Positions 8,359-16,978 of a DNA stretch of 32,000 nt are shown here, piece after piece. Position 1 is the first letter of the stretch. The number at the start of each line of letters is the position of its first letter. The stretch spans positions 30,001-62,000 of the forward strand of contig NC_007969.1 in assembly GCF_000013905.1 (NCBI RefSeq). Reading direction: 5' to 3'. The notes beneath the pieces were generated by a model, which saw only the letters and a program-made list of their open reading frames with translations, did not search any database and had not been told where the DNA came from. Origin of the DNA: Psychrobacter cryohalolentis K5 (GTDB taxonomy: Bacteria; Pseudomonadota; Gammaproteobacteria; Pseudomonadales; Moraxellaceae). The position numbers and the translations under genes were made by a program.

Positions 8359-8600
8359 GCGTTCTGCTACTCAGATATTTCTGTCAATTAGCATTAGCGG
8401 CTGCCTGTGTTGCCTATCTCTTAAAGCTCAGTAGCAGTTTTGCAAAATTAAGTCTTTAATACTTTGAAAAAAACCTCCTTGTGCTACAGTCAGCCTATCT
8501 TTTTTAATCTATATTTTTACATAATGTTATTTACTGCTCTTTTATTAAATAGGCATGAGTGAATAACGATCATTATTAAAAACCAGATAGGACGGTCTCT

Positions 8601-9686
8601 GTGAAACTCCCTGTATTAAAATCCGCAAGTTTGATTGGTGTTATGTTGTTAGCAACCACTGCTTGCGCGCAGCCGAACACTGCCGATATGACCAATAAAA
8701 CAGTCAGCCAAAAGGTTAACCACAGTGCCCAAGCTGGTCAGAATACGAAAGCTATTGGTACAGTCAGTAAATCTGTTGATAGCCGTTTGCGCCAATTGCT
8801 GACTCAAGCAGGTATCAAAACGCAGATAACCTCGATTGCACCCTCTAAATTACCCAATATGTATCAAGTCAATTTGGCTGAGCAATTGCCACTGCATATT
8901 ACTGAAGATGGTAAATATGTCATTCAAGGCGAGCTGCAAAAGAATCCAAGCAAGCGAGTAGTAACCAAAACGCCAGCGCGTAGCACCAGCGCGCAAATAG
9001 GTAAGCCTGTCAGTGCCAGTATCAAATCTGACATATTGGCAAATATGGGCGCGCTTAAAAACATGAGTAACAAAACACCGTTCTTTTACACTGCAGTACC
9101 GGGTGTGATTTGGGGTGCGACTTTAGAGGGCGTACCGTTCTTGTTATCAGATGACGCCCAGTACATCACCGATGGTGAGATATCAGTCATCGAAAATGGT
9201 CAGTTTACTGGGCTTGATAACCGCTTTGAAAAGCTTAAAAATCAATCTGTCCTAACCACATTGGATACTAAGCAGTTAATTACCTATCCTGCCACTAGTG
9301 CTGAAAAAGCGGTGATTTACGTAGCAACGGATGTCAATTGCCCTTATTGCCGCAGATTACATAAGCAGATGCCGATGCTTAATGCCAAAGGCGTGACGAT
9401 AAAAACTATTGGTTATCCGATTTATGAAGCGTCGCCTGAGCAAATGCGCGGTATCTGGTGCCAAGGTAATGAGGAAAGTCGTCGTAAAGCGCTTGATCAG
9501 GCGATGCTACATGGCAAGATGACACCAGCGCCTGCATCTTGCAAAACTGATGATGTGGCAGGCAATCGTGAAAAAGCGGCAGGTTTAGCCGTCATGGCAA
9601 CTCCTGCTATTTATCGTGAAGATGGCGTATTGTTTCAAGCGAGTTTTGAGAGTCCTGAGTTTTTAGAATTCTTGGGAGTAAAATAA
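8601..9686 (+). CDS. Periplasmic thiol:disulfide interchange protein, DsbC/DsbG-like, with extended N-terminus
   Basis: 361 aa, GTG start preceded by ataggacgg. Signal/lipobox-like MKLPVLKSASLIGVMLLATTAC. Thioredoxin-fold active site CPYC (VATDVNCPYCRRLH) and a second Cys pair (CQG...ASC) as in DsbC. Confidence 0.75.
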   Translation: MKLPVLKSASLIGVMLLATTACAQPNTADMTNKTVSQKVNHSAQAGQNTKAIGTVSKSVDSRLRQLLTQAGIKTQITSIAPSKLPNMYQVNLAEQLPLHITEDGKYVIQGELQKNPSKRVVTKTPARSTSAQIGKPVSASIKSDILANMGALKNMSNKTPFFYTAVPGVIWGATLEGVPFLLSDDAQYITDGEISVIENGQFTGLDNRFEKLKNQSVLTTLDTKQLITYPATSAEKAVIYVATDVNCPYCRRLHKQMPMLNAKGVTIKTIGYPIYEASPEQMRGIWCQGNEESRRKALDQAMLHGKMTPAPASCKTDDVAGNREKAAGLAVMATPAIYREDGVLFQASFESPEFLEFLGVK

Positions 9687-9737
9687 GTCGTTGATATTTC
9701 TATAATAGTTATGATGGATATCATATTGAATAATGAA

Positions 9738-9780
9738 TAAAAACCCGCCCTATGAATATAGCTCATAGGGCGGGTTTTTA
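9738..9780. terminator. Bidirectional rho-independent terminator
   Basis: acccgccctatga (9743-9755) / tcatagggcgggt (9763-9775), flanked by an A-run and a T-run, between convergent genes. Confidence 0.8.
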
Positions 9781-9807
9781 TTCATATAACAGTTGATGGT
9801 AGCAAGT

Positions 9808-10461
9808 CTATTGTGGCAACACAATATCGACGATTTTCCAGTTAATTAATCCTTCACGCTGCATCTCTATAGTCAAAGGATAGCCTTTTACCTGACCACT
9901 GATGGTGAAGCAATTGATACTGCAGTAACTTAATTGGGGTTTGTCACTGTCAGTCCCTTGGGCTGCCTGCTGTTCAAGCTCATCAGCCTGCTTTTCCATG
10001 ATTTGCTGCATCTGATTTTTGACCACAACATTAACATCACCGCGATGAATAATCAGATTTTGAATGAGATTTTTTAAATCTACTTGATTGCTAGCGATTG
10101 CCCACGCTGCCGCCAGCTCTTTAGTGGCAGTGTTGGCTTGACCTTGGGTATTGATGACTTTTTCGATATTTTGCGGTGTGATGGCACCAGCGACTGCTTG
10201 CATAATAAAACCATTCGCCGCCTCTTTTAATGGTTCGCCGCCAAGCTCAGCGACCAATGGGTATTTTGTCATGGTCACGGCAAATTGCTCAGTGAGCTGG
10301 TCTTGCATACTTGGGCGTACTTGCTCATAGTCGATAGCTGCCGCGATAGTCGCACCATCTTTGGCATCATAAGCCTTTTTAAGCTGATAAGCGCTGTAAT
10401 AAGGCGAGCCTGCATAGATAGTAATGGCAATGACAATCAATAAAATAATCAGCTTTTTCAT
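9808..10461 (-). CDS. DUF2939-like membrane-anchored protein
   Basis: The ORF-track frame is trimmed to the internal ATG at 10461: MKKLIILLIVIAITIYAGSPYYSAYQLKKAYDAKDGATIAAAIDYEQVRPS.... The N-terminal TM helix and this motif resemble DUF2939. The upstream 33 codons look like non-coding read-through. Confidence 0.6.
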   Translation of the reverse strand: MKKLIILLIVIAITIYAGSPYYSAYQLKKAYDAKDGATIAAAIDYEQVRPSMQDQLTEQFAVTMTKYPLVAELGGEPLKEAANGFIMQAVAGAITPQNIEKVINTQGQANTATKELAAAWAIASNQVDLKNLIQNLIIHRGDVNVVVKNQMQQIMEKQADELEQQAAQGTDSDKPQLSYCSINCFTISGQVKGYPLTIEMQREGLINWKIVDIVLPQ

Positions 10462-10775
10462 AAAATCGATACCTTGATACAAGCGTAATGGCGATGAGTA
10501 TAAATAGGACTTTAAAGAGTAATGTTCGAGTACAGTTGGCTTAAAATAAAAGAGCATCACCTTTAGTGGTATTCATGCTTTAAACGGACTCGACTACCGC
10601 TGTCTATATGGCGATAAATACTAGCATGGCTGAGCATTATGGAGGTATAAAAAACTTTGTTCATTCCTTAATGAATTCTTTTTAATATTAACTAAAGAGT
10701 CTAATTAACACTTTGTACTTCTGCCAACTTGATAAATGCTGCTGCCATCTCCATAAATAGCGCAAACTTTTAATA

Positions 10776-10803
10776 ATTGATTTGACTAAGCAGCACCCCA
10801 CTG
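10776..10803 (+). promoter_or_regulatory. Possible sigma32 (heat-shock) promoter for dnaJ
   Basis: aTTGATt (10776-10782), 13 nt, then CCCCACTG (10796-10803), compared with the consensus CTTGAAA-N13/14-CCCCATNT. Lies about 145 nt upstream of the dnaJ ATG. Confidence 0.35.
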
Positions 10804-10945
10804 TATTCGCTGGTAAGATTTATACGATTATCATCACTGTTCTCTGTCTTCCGCTATGTTTCATGTGAAACATTTTTTGCGATGATGAGCAGTATTGAAC
10901 GATAAAGCAACCAAGCGGTGGACTGTGAAGACGATAGGAGAGCCC

Positions 10946-12082
10946 ATGAGTAAGCGCGATTTTTATGAAATACTAGGTGTCAGTAAGACCGCTGATAACA
11001 AAGAGATCAAGCGAGCCTACCGCAAGCTTGCCATGAAATACCATCCAGACCGTAACTCTGAAGACCCAGATGCTGAAGAAAAATTTAAAGAAGCATCGAT
11101 GGCTTATGAAGTATTAAGTAGCGAAGAAAAACGCTCAGCCTATGACCGTATGGGTCATGCTGCTTTTGAAAACGGCATGGGCGGTGGTGGTTTCGGCGGT
11201 GGCGGTGGTGGGAACTTCCAAGATATCTTTGGTGATATCTTTGGCAACTTTGGTGATATCTTTGGTCAGTCACGTGGCGGCGGCGGTGGGCGTTCGCGTC
11301 GCGGCTCAGACTTACGTTATGTGATTGAGCTGACTTTAGAAGAAGCGGTACGCGGCTGCAAAAAAGAAATCAGCTTTACAGCTCCTGCGCCTTGCGATAC
11401 TTGTGATGGTAAAGGCGCAAAAAATGCCTCTGATATCGTGACTTGCCAAACTTGTCATGGTCAAGGTCAAGTTCGTATGCAACAAGGCTTCTTTGCCGTT
11501 CAACAGGCCTGCCCACATTGTGGCGGTACTGGTAAACAAATTAAAAACCCTTGTTCTGACTGTCATGGTAATGGCGTCAAAGACAAGTCACGCACGCTAG
11601 AAGTTTCTATTCCAGCAGGCGTTGATGATGGTGATCGCGTCCGTTTAGCAGGCGAAGGCGAAGCGGGCGGCGCTGGCGTACAAAACGGCGACTTATACGT
11701 CGAAGTACGTGTCAAACAGCACAACGTCTTTACCCGTCAAGGTGCTGATTTGTATATGGATGTGCCAGTTAGTATCACTGATGCAGCACTCGGTAAAGAA
11801 GTTGAAATCCCAACCTTAGATGGCAAAGTGAAAATCAAGGTTGCTGAAGGCACACAAAGTGGTAAATTATTACGTGTCCGTGGTAGAGGTGTGACACCAG
11901 TACGTACGACGATGAAAGGTGATTTGATCTGCCGTGTGGTCATCGAAACACCAGTGAATCTGACTCGTGAGCAAAAAGATTTGCTACGTCAATTCCAAGA
12001 TACACTGGATGGTGATAGTAAGCATCAGCAGTCACCACATAAAAAATCTTTCTTTAAAAAGATTGGCGATTTGTTCGACTAA
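10946..12082 (+). CDS. dnaJ: Molecular chaperone DnaJ (Hsp40)
   Basis: ATG at 10946 with an AGGAG RBS (10935-10939). The track ORF starts at an upstream TTG. J domain [12 protein letters not shown]...YHPDRN, G/F region, four CxxCxGxG zinc-finger motifs ([32 protein letters not shown]). 378 aa. Confidence 0.95.
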   Translation: MSKRDFYEILGVSKTADNKEIKRAYRKLAMKYHPDRNSEDPDAEEKFKEASMAYEVLSSEEKRSAYDRMGHAAFENGMGGGGFGGGGGGNFQDIFGDIFGNFGDIFGQSRGGGGGRSRRGSDLRYVIELTLEEAVRGCKKEISFTAPAPCDTCDGKGAKNASDIVTCQTCHGQGQVRMQQGFFAVQQACPHCGGTGKQIKNPCSDCHGNGVKDKSRTLEVSIPAGVDDGDRVRLAGEGEAGGAGVQNGDLYVEVRVKQHNVFTRQGADLYMDVPVSITDAALGKEVEIPTLDGKVKIKVAEGTQSGKLLRVRGRGVTPVRTTMKGDLICRVVIETPVNLTREQKDLLRQFQDTLDGDSKHQQSPHKKSFFKKIGDLFD

Positions 12083-12112
12083 CAGCATTCTGTATTTGAA
12101 TGGATAACTGAT

Positions 12113-12151
12113 AAAAGCTCGATAGTTTCACGTGAAACTATCGAGCTTTTT
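12113..12151 (+). terminator. Rho-independent terminator after dnaJ
   Basis: Perfect 38-nt palindrome aaaagctcgatagtttcac/gtgaaactatcgagctttt ending in a T-run. Its apex is the 14-mer GTTTCACGTGAAAC (12125-12138). Confidence 0.8.
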
Positions 12152-12252
12152 ATTGGTGCTATAAAAAACCATTCACAAGCTGATATTTGCTAAACTTAGC
12201 CTAATAAATTTAAAAACCAGCGTATTAAAAATAAAGTACTTAGGATAATTAT

Positions 12253-13083
12253 ATGAGTCAGCCAGAGAATAAAAAAATGATTAATGTCGGTGTCATCGGT
12301 GCAGGTGGTCGGATGGGACGTATGCTTATCGAAGCGATACAAGACAATCCACAAACGACATTAATTGCAGCGATTGAGCGTCAAGGCTCAAGTTTGGTTG
12401 GAGCAGATGCGGGTGAAGTTGCTGCGGTCGGTCGATTGAATGTGCAAATAGTTGATGATTTACAGTCAGTGATTAATAAGATTGATGTATTGATTGACTT
12501 TAGCTTACCTGCTGCTACTGAACAAAACATGCAAGTCTGTGCTGAGCACAACGTCGCTATGGTTATCGGCACGACAGGATTTAATGAGCAGCAAGAGCAA
12601 GTATTGGCAAAAGCGAGTGAGCAAGTTGCTATCGTTTATGCGGGTAACTATTCAACAGGTGTTAATCTTTCATTAAAGCTATTAGGTATGGCTGCTAAAG
12701 CTTTTGGCACTGATGCTGATGTAGAGGTCATTGAGGCGCATCATAAGCATAAAATCGATGCGCCATCAGGTACTGCTTACATGATGGCAGAAGCTGTGGC
12801 AGAAGCACGTGGACAGAATCTAAAAGACGTCGCTGTCTATGGTCGTGAAGGACAAACTGGCGAGCGCGAAGCAGGTACGATTGGTATTCATGCGATACGT
12901 GGCGGTGAAATCATCGGCGATCATACTGTGATGTTTATTGCGGATGGTGAAGTTGTTGAAATTACCCATCGCGCGCGCGCAAGAATGACTTTTGCTGCTG
13001 GCGCTGTGCGTGCCGCTACGTGGATTGTTCAGCAGTCGGCTGGACAATATAATATGCAGGATGTCTTAGGTTTAAATGACTAG
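12253..13083 (+). CDS. dapB: 4-hydroxy-tetrahydrodipicolinate reductase
   Basis: 276 aa. NAD(P)-binding VGVIGAGGRMGR, IEAHHKHKIDAPSGTA, and IRGGEIIGDHTVMF. Confidence 0.92.
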   Translation: MSQPENKKMINVGVIGAGGRMGRMLIEAIQDNPQTTLIAAIERQGSSLVGADAGEVAAVGRLNVQIVDDLQSVINKIDVLIDFSLPAATEQNMQVCAEHNVAMVIGTTGFNEQQEQVLAKASEQVAIVYAGNYSTGVNLSLKLLGMAAKAFGTDADVEVIEAHHKHKIDAPSGTAYMMAEAVAEARGQNLKDVAVYGREGQTGEREAGTIGIHAIRGGEIIGDHTVMFIADGEVVEITHRARARMTFAAGAVRAATWIVQQSAGQYNMQDVLGLND

Positions 13084-13184
13084 GCTTTAACGAACAAGGT
13101 TTGAATTATTAAGGTTTTTTCTTATGGTTTGGTAGCTGCTGAGTATGGCTTTTGATAGCGTTTAACTATTGCTAGAGGTCAATT

Positions 13185-14105
13185 ATGAATAAGTTTAGTG
13201 AAAATCTAATAGCGATTTTTGGTCGAAAGCTGGCTATTATAAAAACTGTCAAAACCATAAGTTATGGACGTCAGATAGCATTTATCCTAAGTTTAACTGT
13301 AGTGCCAATAGTTGTACAAGCAGCTGCTTATCAAACCTATGTCATTCATACGTATGGCGGTGATGCATTGCTACCTTCCGTTCGTCAGCAGTTAAATGCC
13401 AGTCGCGACGGCGGCACGGTGTCGATTTATCAAGATAAGCTAGTGCTTCGTACCACTGCCAGCAACTATCAGGCAGTACAAAAGCTATTGGCACAGATTG
13501 ACCGTCAGCCACAGGCATTGACGGTCGCTGTGCGTGTTGGCAATAATAGCAGTGCTCAGGATAATATTCAGCAAGGTCGAGTCACTATCAGCAATAGCGG
13601 TATTCAAGGCGTAGGGATTATCAACCAGAGTAATAGCCAACAACAAACAAATAATTTATATCAAGTACAAACCTTGTCAGGTAGTGCCGCCAGCATTAGC
13701 ACTGGTACACTCTACGCACTAAATCAAACCTATACTGCCAATAGTTATCCAACCTATCCAGCTTACAACCGTCCAGCAGGAAGGATTATTATCCAGCAGC
13801 AGGTCTTATTGCCAACGAGCCAAGGTATTGCGGTTACGCCAAGACTGTTACCGAATGGACAAGTCGAAGTACAATTGACCCAAGTTGAAGAAAAGCTCGT
13901 GCGTGCCAATCCTTCTTACAATCGCTATGGTTACAATAGTAGTGTGCAAGGGCAAAGATTGAATAGCACCATTATTGTGCCACGTGGACAATGGGTGACT
14001 ATCGGGCAAATCTCTCAAAACAGCCAAAATCAGACCGCAGGTTATGGTGGCAACCAAAACAATAGCCGTAGCAATGATGTGCCAATATCGCTACTAGTAC
14101 AGTAG
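13185..14105 (+). CDS. Secreted Q/N-rich protein with a secretin-N-like domain and secretin-core-like C-terminus
   Basis: 306 aa, AGAGG RBS, signal-like segment ...LSLTVVPIVVQAAAY. The N-domain-like segment YVIHTYGGDALLPSVRQQL...VSIYQDKLVLRTTASNYQAVQKLLAQIDRQPQALTVAVRV, and the C-terminal GIAVTPRLLPNGQVEVQLTQVEE...RLNSTIIVPRGQWVTIGQIS, resemble the secretin pattern. Assignment is recall-based only. Confidence 0.55.
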   Translation: MNKFSENLIAIFGRKLAIIKTVKTISYGRQIAFILSLTVVPIVVQAAAYQTYVIHTYGGDALLPSVRQQLNASRDGGTVSIYQDKLVLRTTASNYQAVQKLLAQIDRQPQALTVAVRVGNNSSAQDNIQQGRVTISNSGIQGVGIINQSNSQQQTNNLYQVQTLSGSAASISTGTLYALNQTYTANSYPTYPAYNRPAGRIIIQQQVLLPTSQGIAVTPRLLPNGQVEVQLTQVEEKLVRANPSYNRYGYNSSVQGQRLNSTIIVPRGQWVTIGQISQNSQNQTAGYGGNQNNSRSNDVPISLLVQ

Positions 14106-14136
14106 CTAATGATAAATACTATAGCGAAATAAACAT

Positions 14137-14176
14137 AAAAAAGCGCGGCACTGTTATTCACAATGCCGCGCTTTTT
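14137..14176. terminator. Bidirectional rho-independent terminator
   Basis: aaaaagcgcggca ... tgccgcgcttttt between convergent genes. Confidence 0.8.
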
Positions 14177-14200
14177 ATAGTAACGATTATTTATCACAAA

Positions 14201-15376
14201 TTAGTCAACATAGACCACTTCTAACGGTGGAAAACCATTGAACTCAATAGATGAGTACGAGTTGGTATAAGCACCCGTAGTTAACCAAAATATCTTGTCA
14301 CCAATCTCCAGCTCTTCTGGTAGCTGATAACCTGCCTCTTCATACATGATATCAGTTGAGTCACAAGTAGGACCTGCTAATACCACCGTACCCGCGCTGG
14401 TTGAGGTTTCCATTTTAGGTGTATAAACGGGGTACTTGATAGCTTCACCTAAGGTTTCAATTAAACCTTGAAATAAACCCACATCGGTATAGACCCAACG
14501 TGTCAGATCAGTATGCGATTTACGAGAAATCAATACCACGTCACTAACCAGTACGCCTGAACCGCCAACCAATGAACGACCGGGCTCTAAAATAATCTCT
14601 GGCATATCTTCAGCACTATAGTCATCGCTTAAGTAGCTTTGAATCTCTTCAGCATAGACTTTGATAGGATTGACTTCGCTCAGATAGTTTGCCGGAAAGC
14701 CGCCACCCAAATTTATCATTTGAAGCTTTATGCCTTCTTCGTTCTTCATCCAATCAAACATATATTTAACTTTGGCTAAAGCATCATCCCAAGCGGCAAC
14801 GTCTTTTTGCTGACTGCCCACATGGAATGAGATGCCATAAGGTACCAAGCCCAATTCTTGCGCTTGAATCAATAGTTCAATCGCCATATTGGGGTGACAA
14901 CCAAATTTGCGTGATAATGGCCATTCAGCGGTATCTGACCCTTGTACTAAGATACGTACAAATATTTTTGAGCCAGGTGCATGTTTTGCAATGTTTTTTA
15001 AATCTGCTTCTGAGTCGGTCGCATACAAATCAACCCCTTTTTCAAAGGCGTATTTGACATGTTCAGGCTTTTTGATGGTATTACCATAAGAGATACGTGA
15101 GGGCTCAACGCCGCAGTCAAGCACGCGATCAAGCTCATAAATCGATGCACAGTCAAAGTTTGAACCAAGCTCAGCAAGCAGATTGATGACTTCGACAGCA
15201 GGGCTTGCTTTCATCGCATAATGGATTTTAGCATGAGGAAAAAAACCAACCATTTCATGATATTTTATTTTAATGCGATTAAGATCAACCACCAAAAATG
15301 GCGTTTCACGACCTTCAGCCGCTTTAGTAAACTTCTGCCAGCCGGCAGGGTCAAAATATTGGTCGATTTTAATCAT
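14201..15376 (-). CDS. Type III (alanine-racemase fold) PLP-dependent ornithine/lysine decarboxylase-like enzyme
   Basis: Trimmed to the ATG at 15376 (MIKIDQYF...); the track start at 15415 is a TTG. PLP-lysine motif HYAMKASP, GGGFPANY, and PTCDSTD near the C-terminus are typical of the ODC/DapDC group IV decarboxylases. Confidence 0.8.
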   Translation of the reverse strand: MIKIDQYFDPAGWQKFTKAAEGRETPFLVVDLNRIKIKYHEMVGFFPHAKIHYAMKASPAVEVINLLAELGSNFDCASIYELDRVLDCGVEPSRISYGNTIKKPEHVKYAFEKGVDLYATDSEADLKNIAKHAPGSKIFVRILVQGSDTAEWPLSRKFGCHPNMAIELLIQAQELGLVPYGISFHVGSQQKDVAAWDDALAKVKYMFDWMKNEEGIKLQMINLGGGFPANYLSEVNPIKVYAEEIQSYLSDDYSAEDMPEIILEPGRSLVGGSGVLVSDVVLISRKSHTDLTRWVYTDVGLFQGLIETLGEAIKYPVYTPKMETSTSAGTVVLAGPTCDSTDIMYEEAGYQLPEELEIGDKIFWLTTGAYTNSYSSIEFNGFPPLEVVYVD

Positions 15377-15619
15377 AGTAAGACCTTTAATAAAAACAGT
15401 ATTTAATGAGAACAAGGAATGAAGCTAACAAATAGTGATGCTAACCAAAACTAATAATAAAACCCAAATTCTTTACGCTAAAATCTAAACGTTCAATCGT
15501 CACCTTATCGCTGCGCTATGTGCAGTATCTAAAACAGACAACGTTTAAAACGTAGCATAAGCCATAACAAAACCACTTGACGATAAACGTATGTGAAATC
15601 AACTTATCAGAGAAATAGA

Positions 15620-16174
15620 TTAAGAGTTTGCTGGCTGTGGCTCTTTTTCCGCCACTTGCTCGCCTTGTTTTTCACGTATTTTAAGGACTTTACGCACCTT
15701 ATCACGCGCACGTGTCTGTTTCAAACGCGACAAATAATCGACGAAAATCACCCCATTCAGATGATCCATTTCGTGTTGGATGCAAACGGCAAGTAAGCCT
15801 TCTACTTCTTCATCAATCTTATTGCCATTCTCATCTAGTGCTTCGATACGCACTTTGTTTGGGCGCTCAACTTTGTCATAGACGTCTGGCACGGACAGAC
15901 AACCTTCTTCATACGGCTGCTTTTCTTCAACCAATGGCGTTACTTTGGGATTGATAAACACTCTTGGGCTGTCTTTATCTTCTGATAAATCCATCACGAT
16001 AAGCTGGATATGGTGATCCACTTGGCTTGCAGCCAGACCGATACCTTGCGCATCGTACATGGTCTCAATCATATCGGTGATTAAGGTTTTGATTTCAGCA
16101 GTGACTTCCTTGACAGGCGTTGCAATCGTACGCAGACGCGGGTCGGGATAGCTTAAAATAGGGAGTAACGCCAT
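15620..16174 (-). CDS. def: Peptide deformylase
   Basis: Trimmed to the ATG at 16174 with a [24 protein letters not shown], and motifs [13 protein letters not shown] and QHEMDH. Charged C-terminal tail. Confidence 0.92.
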   Translation of the reverse strand: MALLPILSYPDPRLRTIATPVKEVTAEIKTLITDMIETMYDAQGIGLAASQVDHHIQLIVMDLSEDKDSPRVFINPKVTPLVEEKQPYEEGCLSVPDVYDKVERPNKVRIEALDENGNKIDEEVEGLLAVCIQHEMDHLNGVIFVDYLSRLKQTRARDKVRKVLKIREKQGEQVAEKEPQPANS

Positions 16175-16409
16175 AAGGCTCACCTCAATGATAAAGATAA
16201 AAAATAGGTTTGATATTATAAGATAAATGGGGACAAAAGTAATGCTTATCAATAGCTAAAGCGAGATATCCTGACTGATAAATATAAGAAAAATATAGTA
16301 ATAATGTATTGATAGAGGAATTTGAAACAATAAAAAAGGCCTTGATTGCACAAGACCTTTATTTTATGTATTCGTTATTGAAATGTATTAGCTGTTTAGC
16401 TGTGTCCAA

Positions 16410-16664
16410 TTATACGCGACGTTTACTCATAATCATCTCATAGATGAACAGTAATATAATCGCACCAATTACTGAGAAGATTAGACCAGTGAAACCGCCA
16501 TCAGCATTGATACCAATTAGGCCAGCAACAAAACCACCAAGCATCGCACCAACGATACCCAATACAATCGTCATAATCCAACCCATAGGATCGCTACCTG
16601 GCTTAATCGCACGTGCCAATAAACCTGCAACCAGACCAACAATAATCATCCAAATAAAGCTCAT
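16410..16664 (-). CDS. GlsB/YeaQ/YmgE-family small stress membrane protein
   Basis: 84 aa, glycine-rich TM helices MSFIWMIIVGLVAGLLARAI...IVLGIVGAMLGGFVAGLIG. Confidence 0.75.
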   Translation of the reverse strand: MSFIWMIIVGLVAGLLARAIKPGSDPMGWIMTIVLGIVGAMLGGFVAGLIGINADGGFTGLIFSVIGAIILLFIYEMIMSKRRV

Positions 16665-16920
16665 ATCAATTCTCCTAAAGTGTCTATCATTTATAATGGT
16701 TTACTTATTTTGTTGAATCCATTGTAAACATTATCGAGATCAAGAAATAAGCAAAAAATGTTACCTATGTATGGGCTCTGTGAGGAAAAAGCGATATTTG
16801 CTATTTAGCAGGGGAAATAGGTAAACGGGGTGTTACAAAGGTAGTAAAGTCGCTAATGAAATGACTATATCTCTCTATAAAAGTAAAAATATTTTTTTAT
16901 AGGTATAAAAAGAAATAAAC

Positions 16921-16951
16921 AGGCGTAGCTCATTATTAATGAGCTACGCCT
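16921..16951 (-). terminator. Rho-independent terminator after mpl
   Basis: aggcgtagctcat / atgagctacgcct 13-bp stem. A T-rich tract follows on the minus strand. Confidence 0.7.
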
Positions 16952-16978
16952 GTTATTCTACAGGGTTATAGAGCCAGA

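Noticed and set aside
10895-10945. N-terminal extensions proposed by the ORF track for dnaJ (TTG at 10895), def (16252), the decarboxylase (15415), the DUF2939-like gene (10560) and the NlpE-like gene (19439)
   Set aside because: In each case an internal ATG gives the canonical family N-terminus or signal peptide, with a recognisable RBS for dnaJ and def. The upstream codons look non-coding or use TTG.
11221-11266. Nucleotide tandem repeat gatatctttggt... inside dnaJ
   Set aside because: It encodes the normal G/F-rich linker ([15 protein letters not shown]) of DnaJ. It is not an independent repeat element or a CRISPR-like array.
15620-16174. def without an adjacent fmt, considered as a possible extra or accessory deformylase
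   Set aside because: All three catalytic motifs are canonical and the composition is host-like. Gene order alone is weak evidence, and fmt may simply lie elsewhere.
16444-16716. 90-aa plus-strand ORF opposite the YeaQ-like gene
   Set aside because: A Pro/Ile-rich mirror of a Gly-rich membrane protein. The minus-strand gene has the recognisable family pattern.
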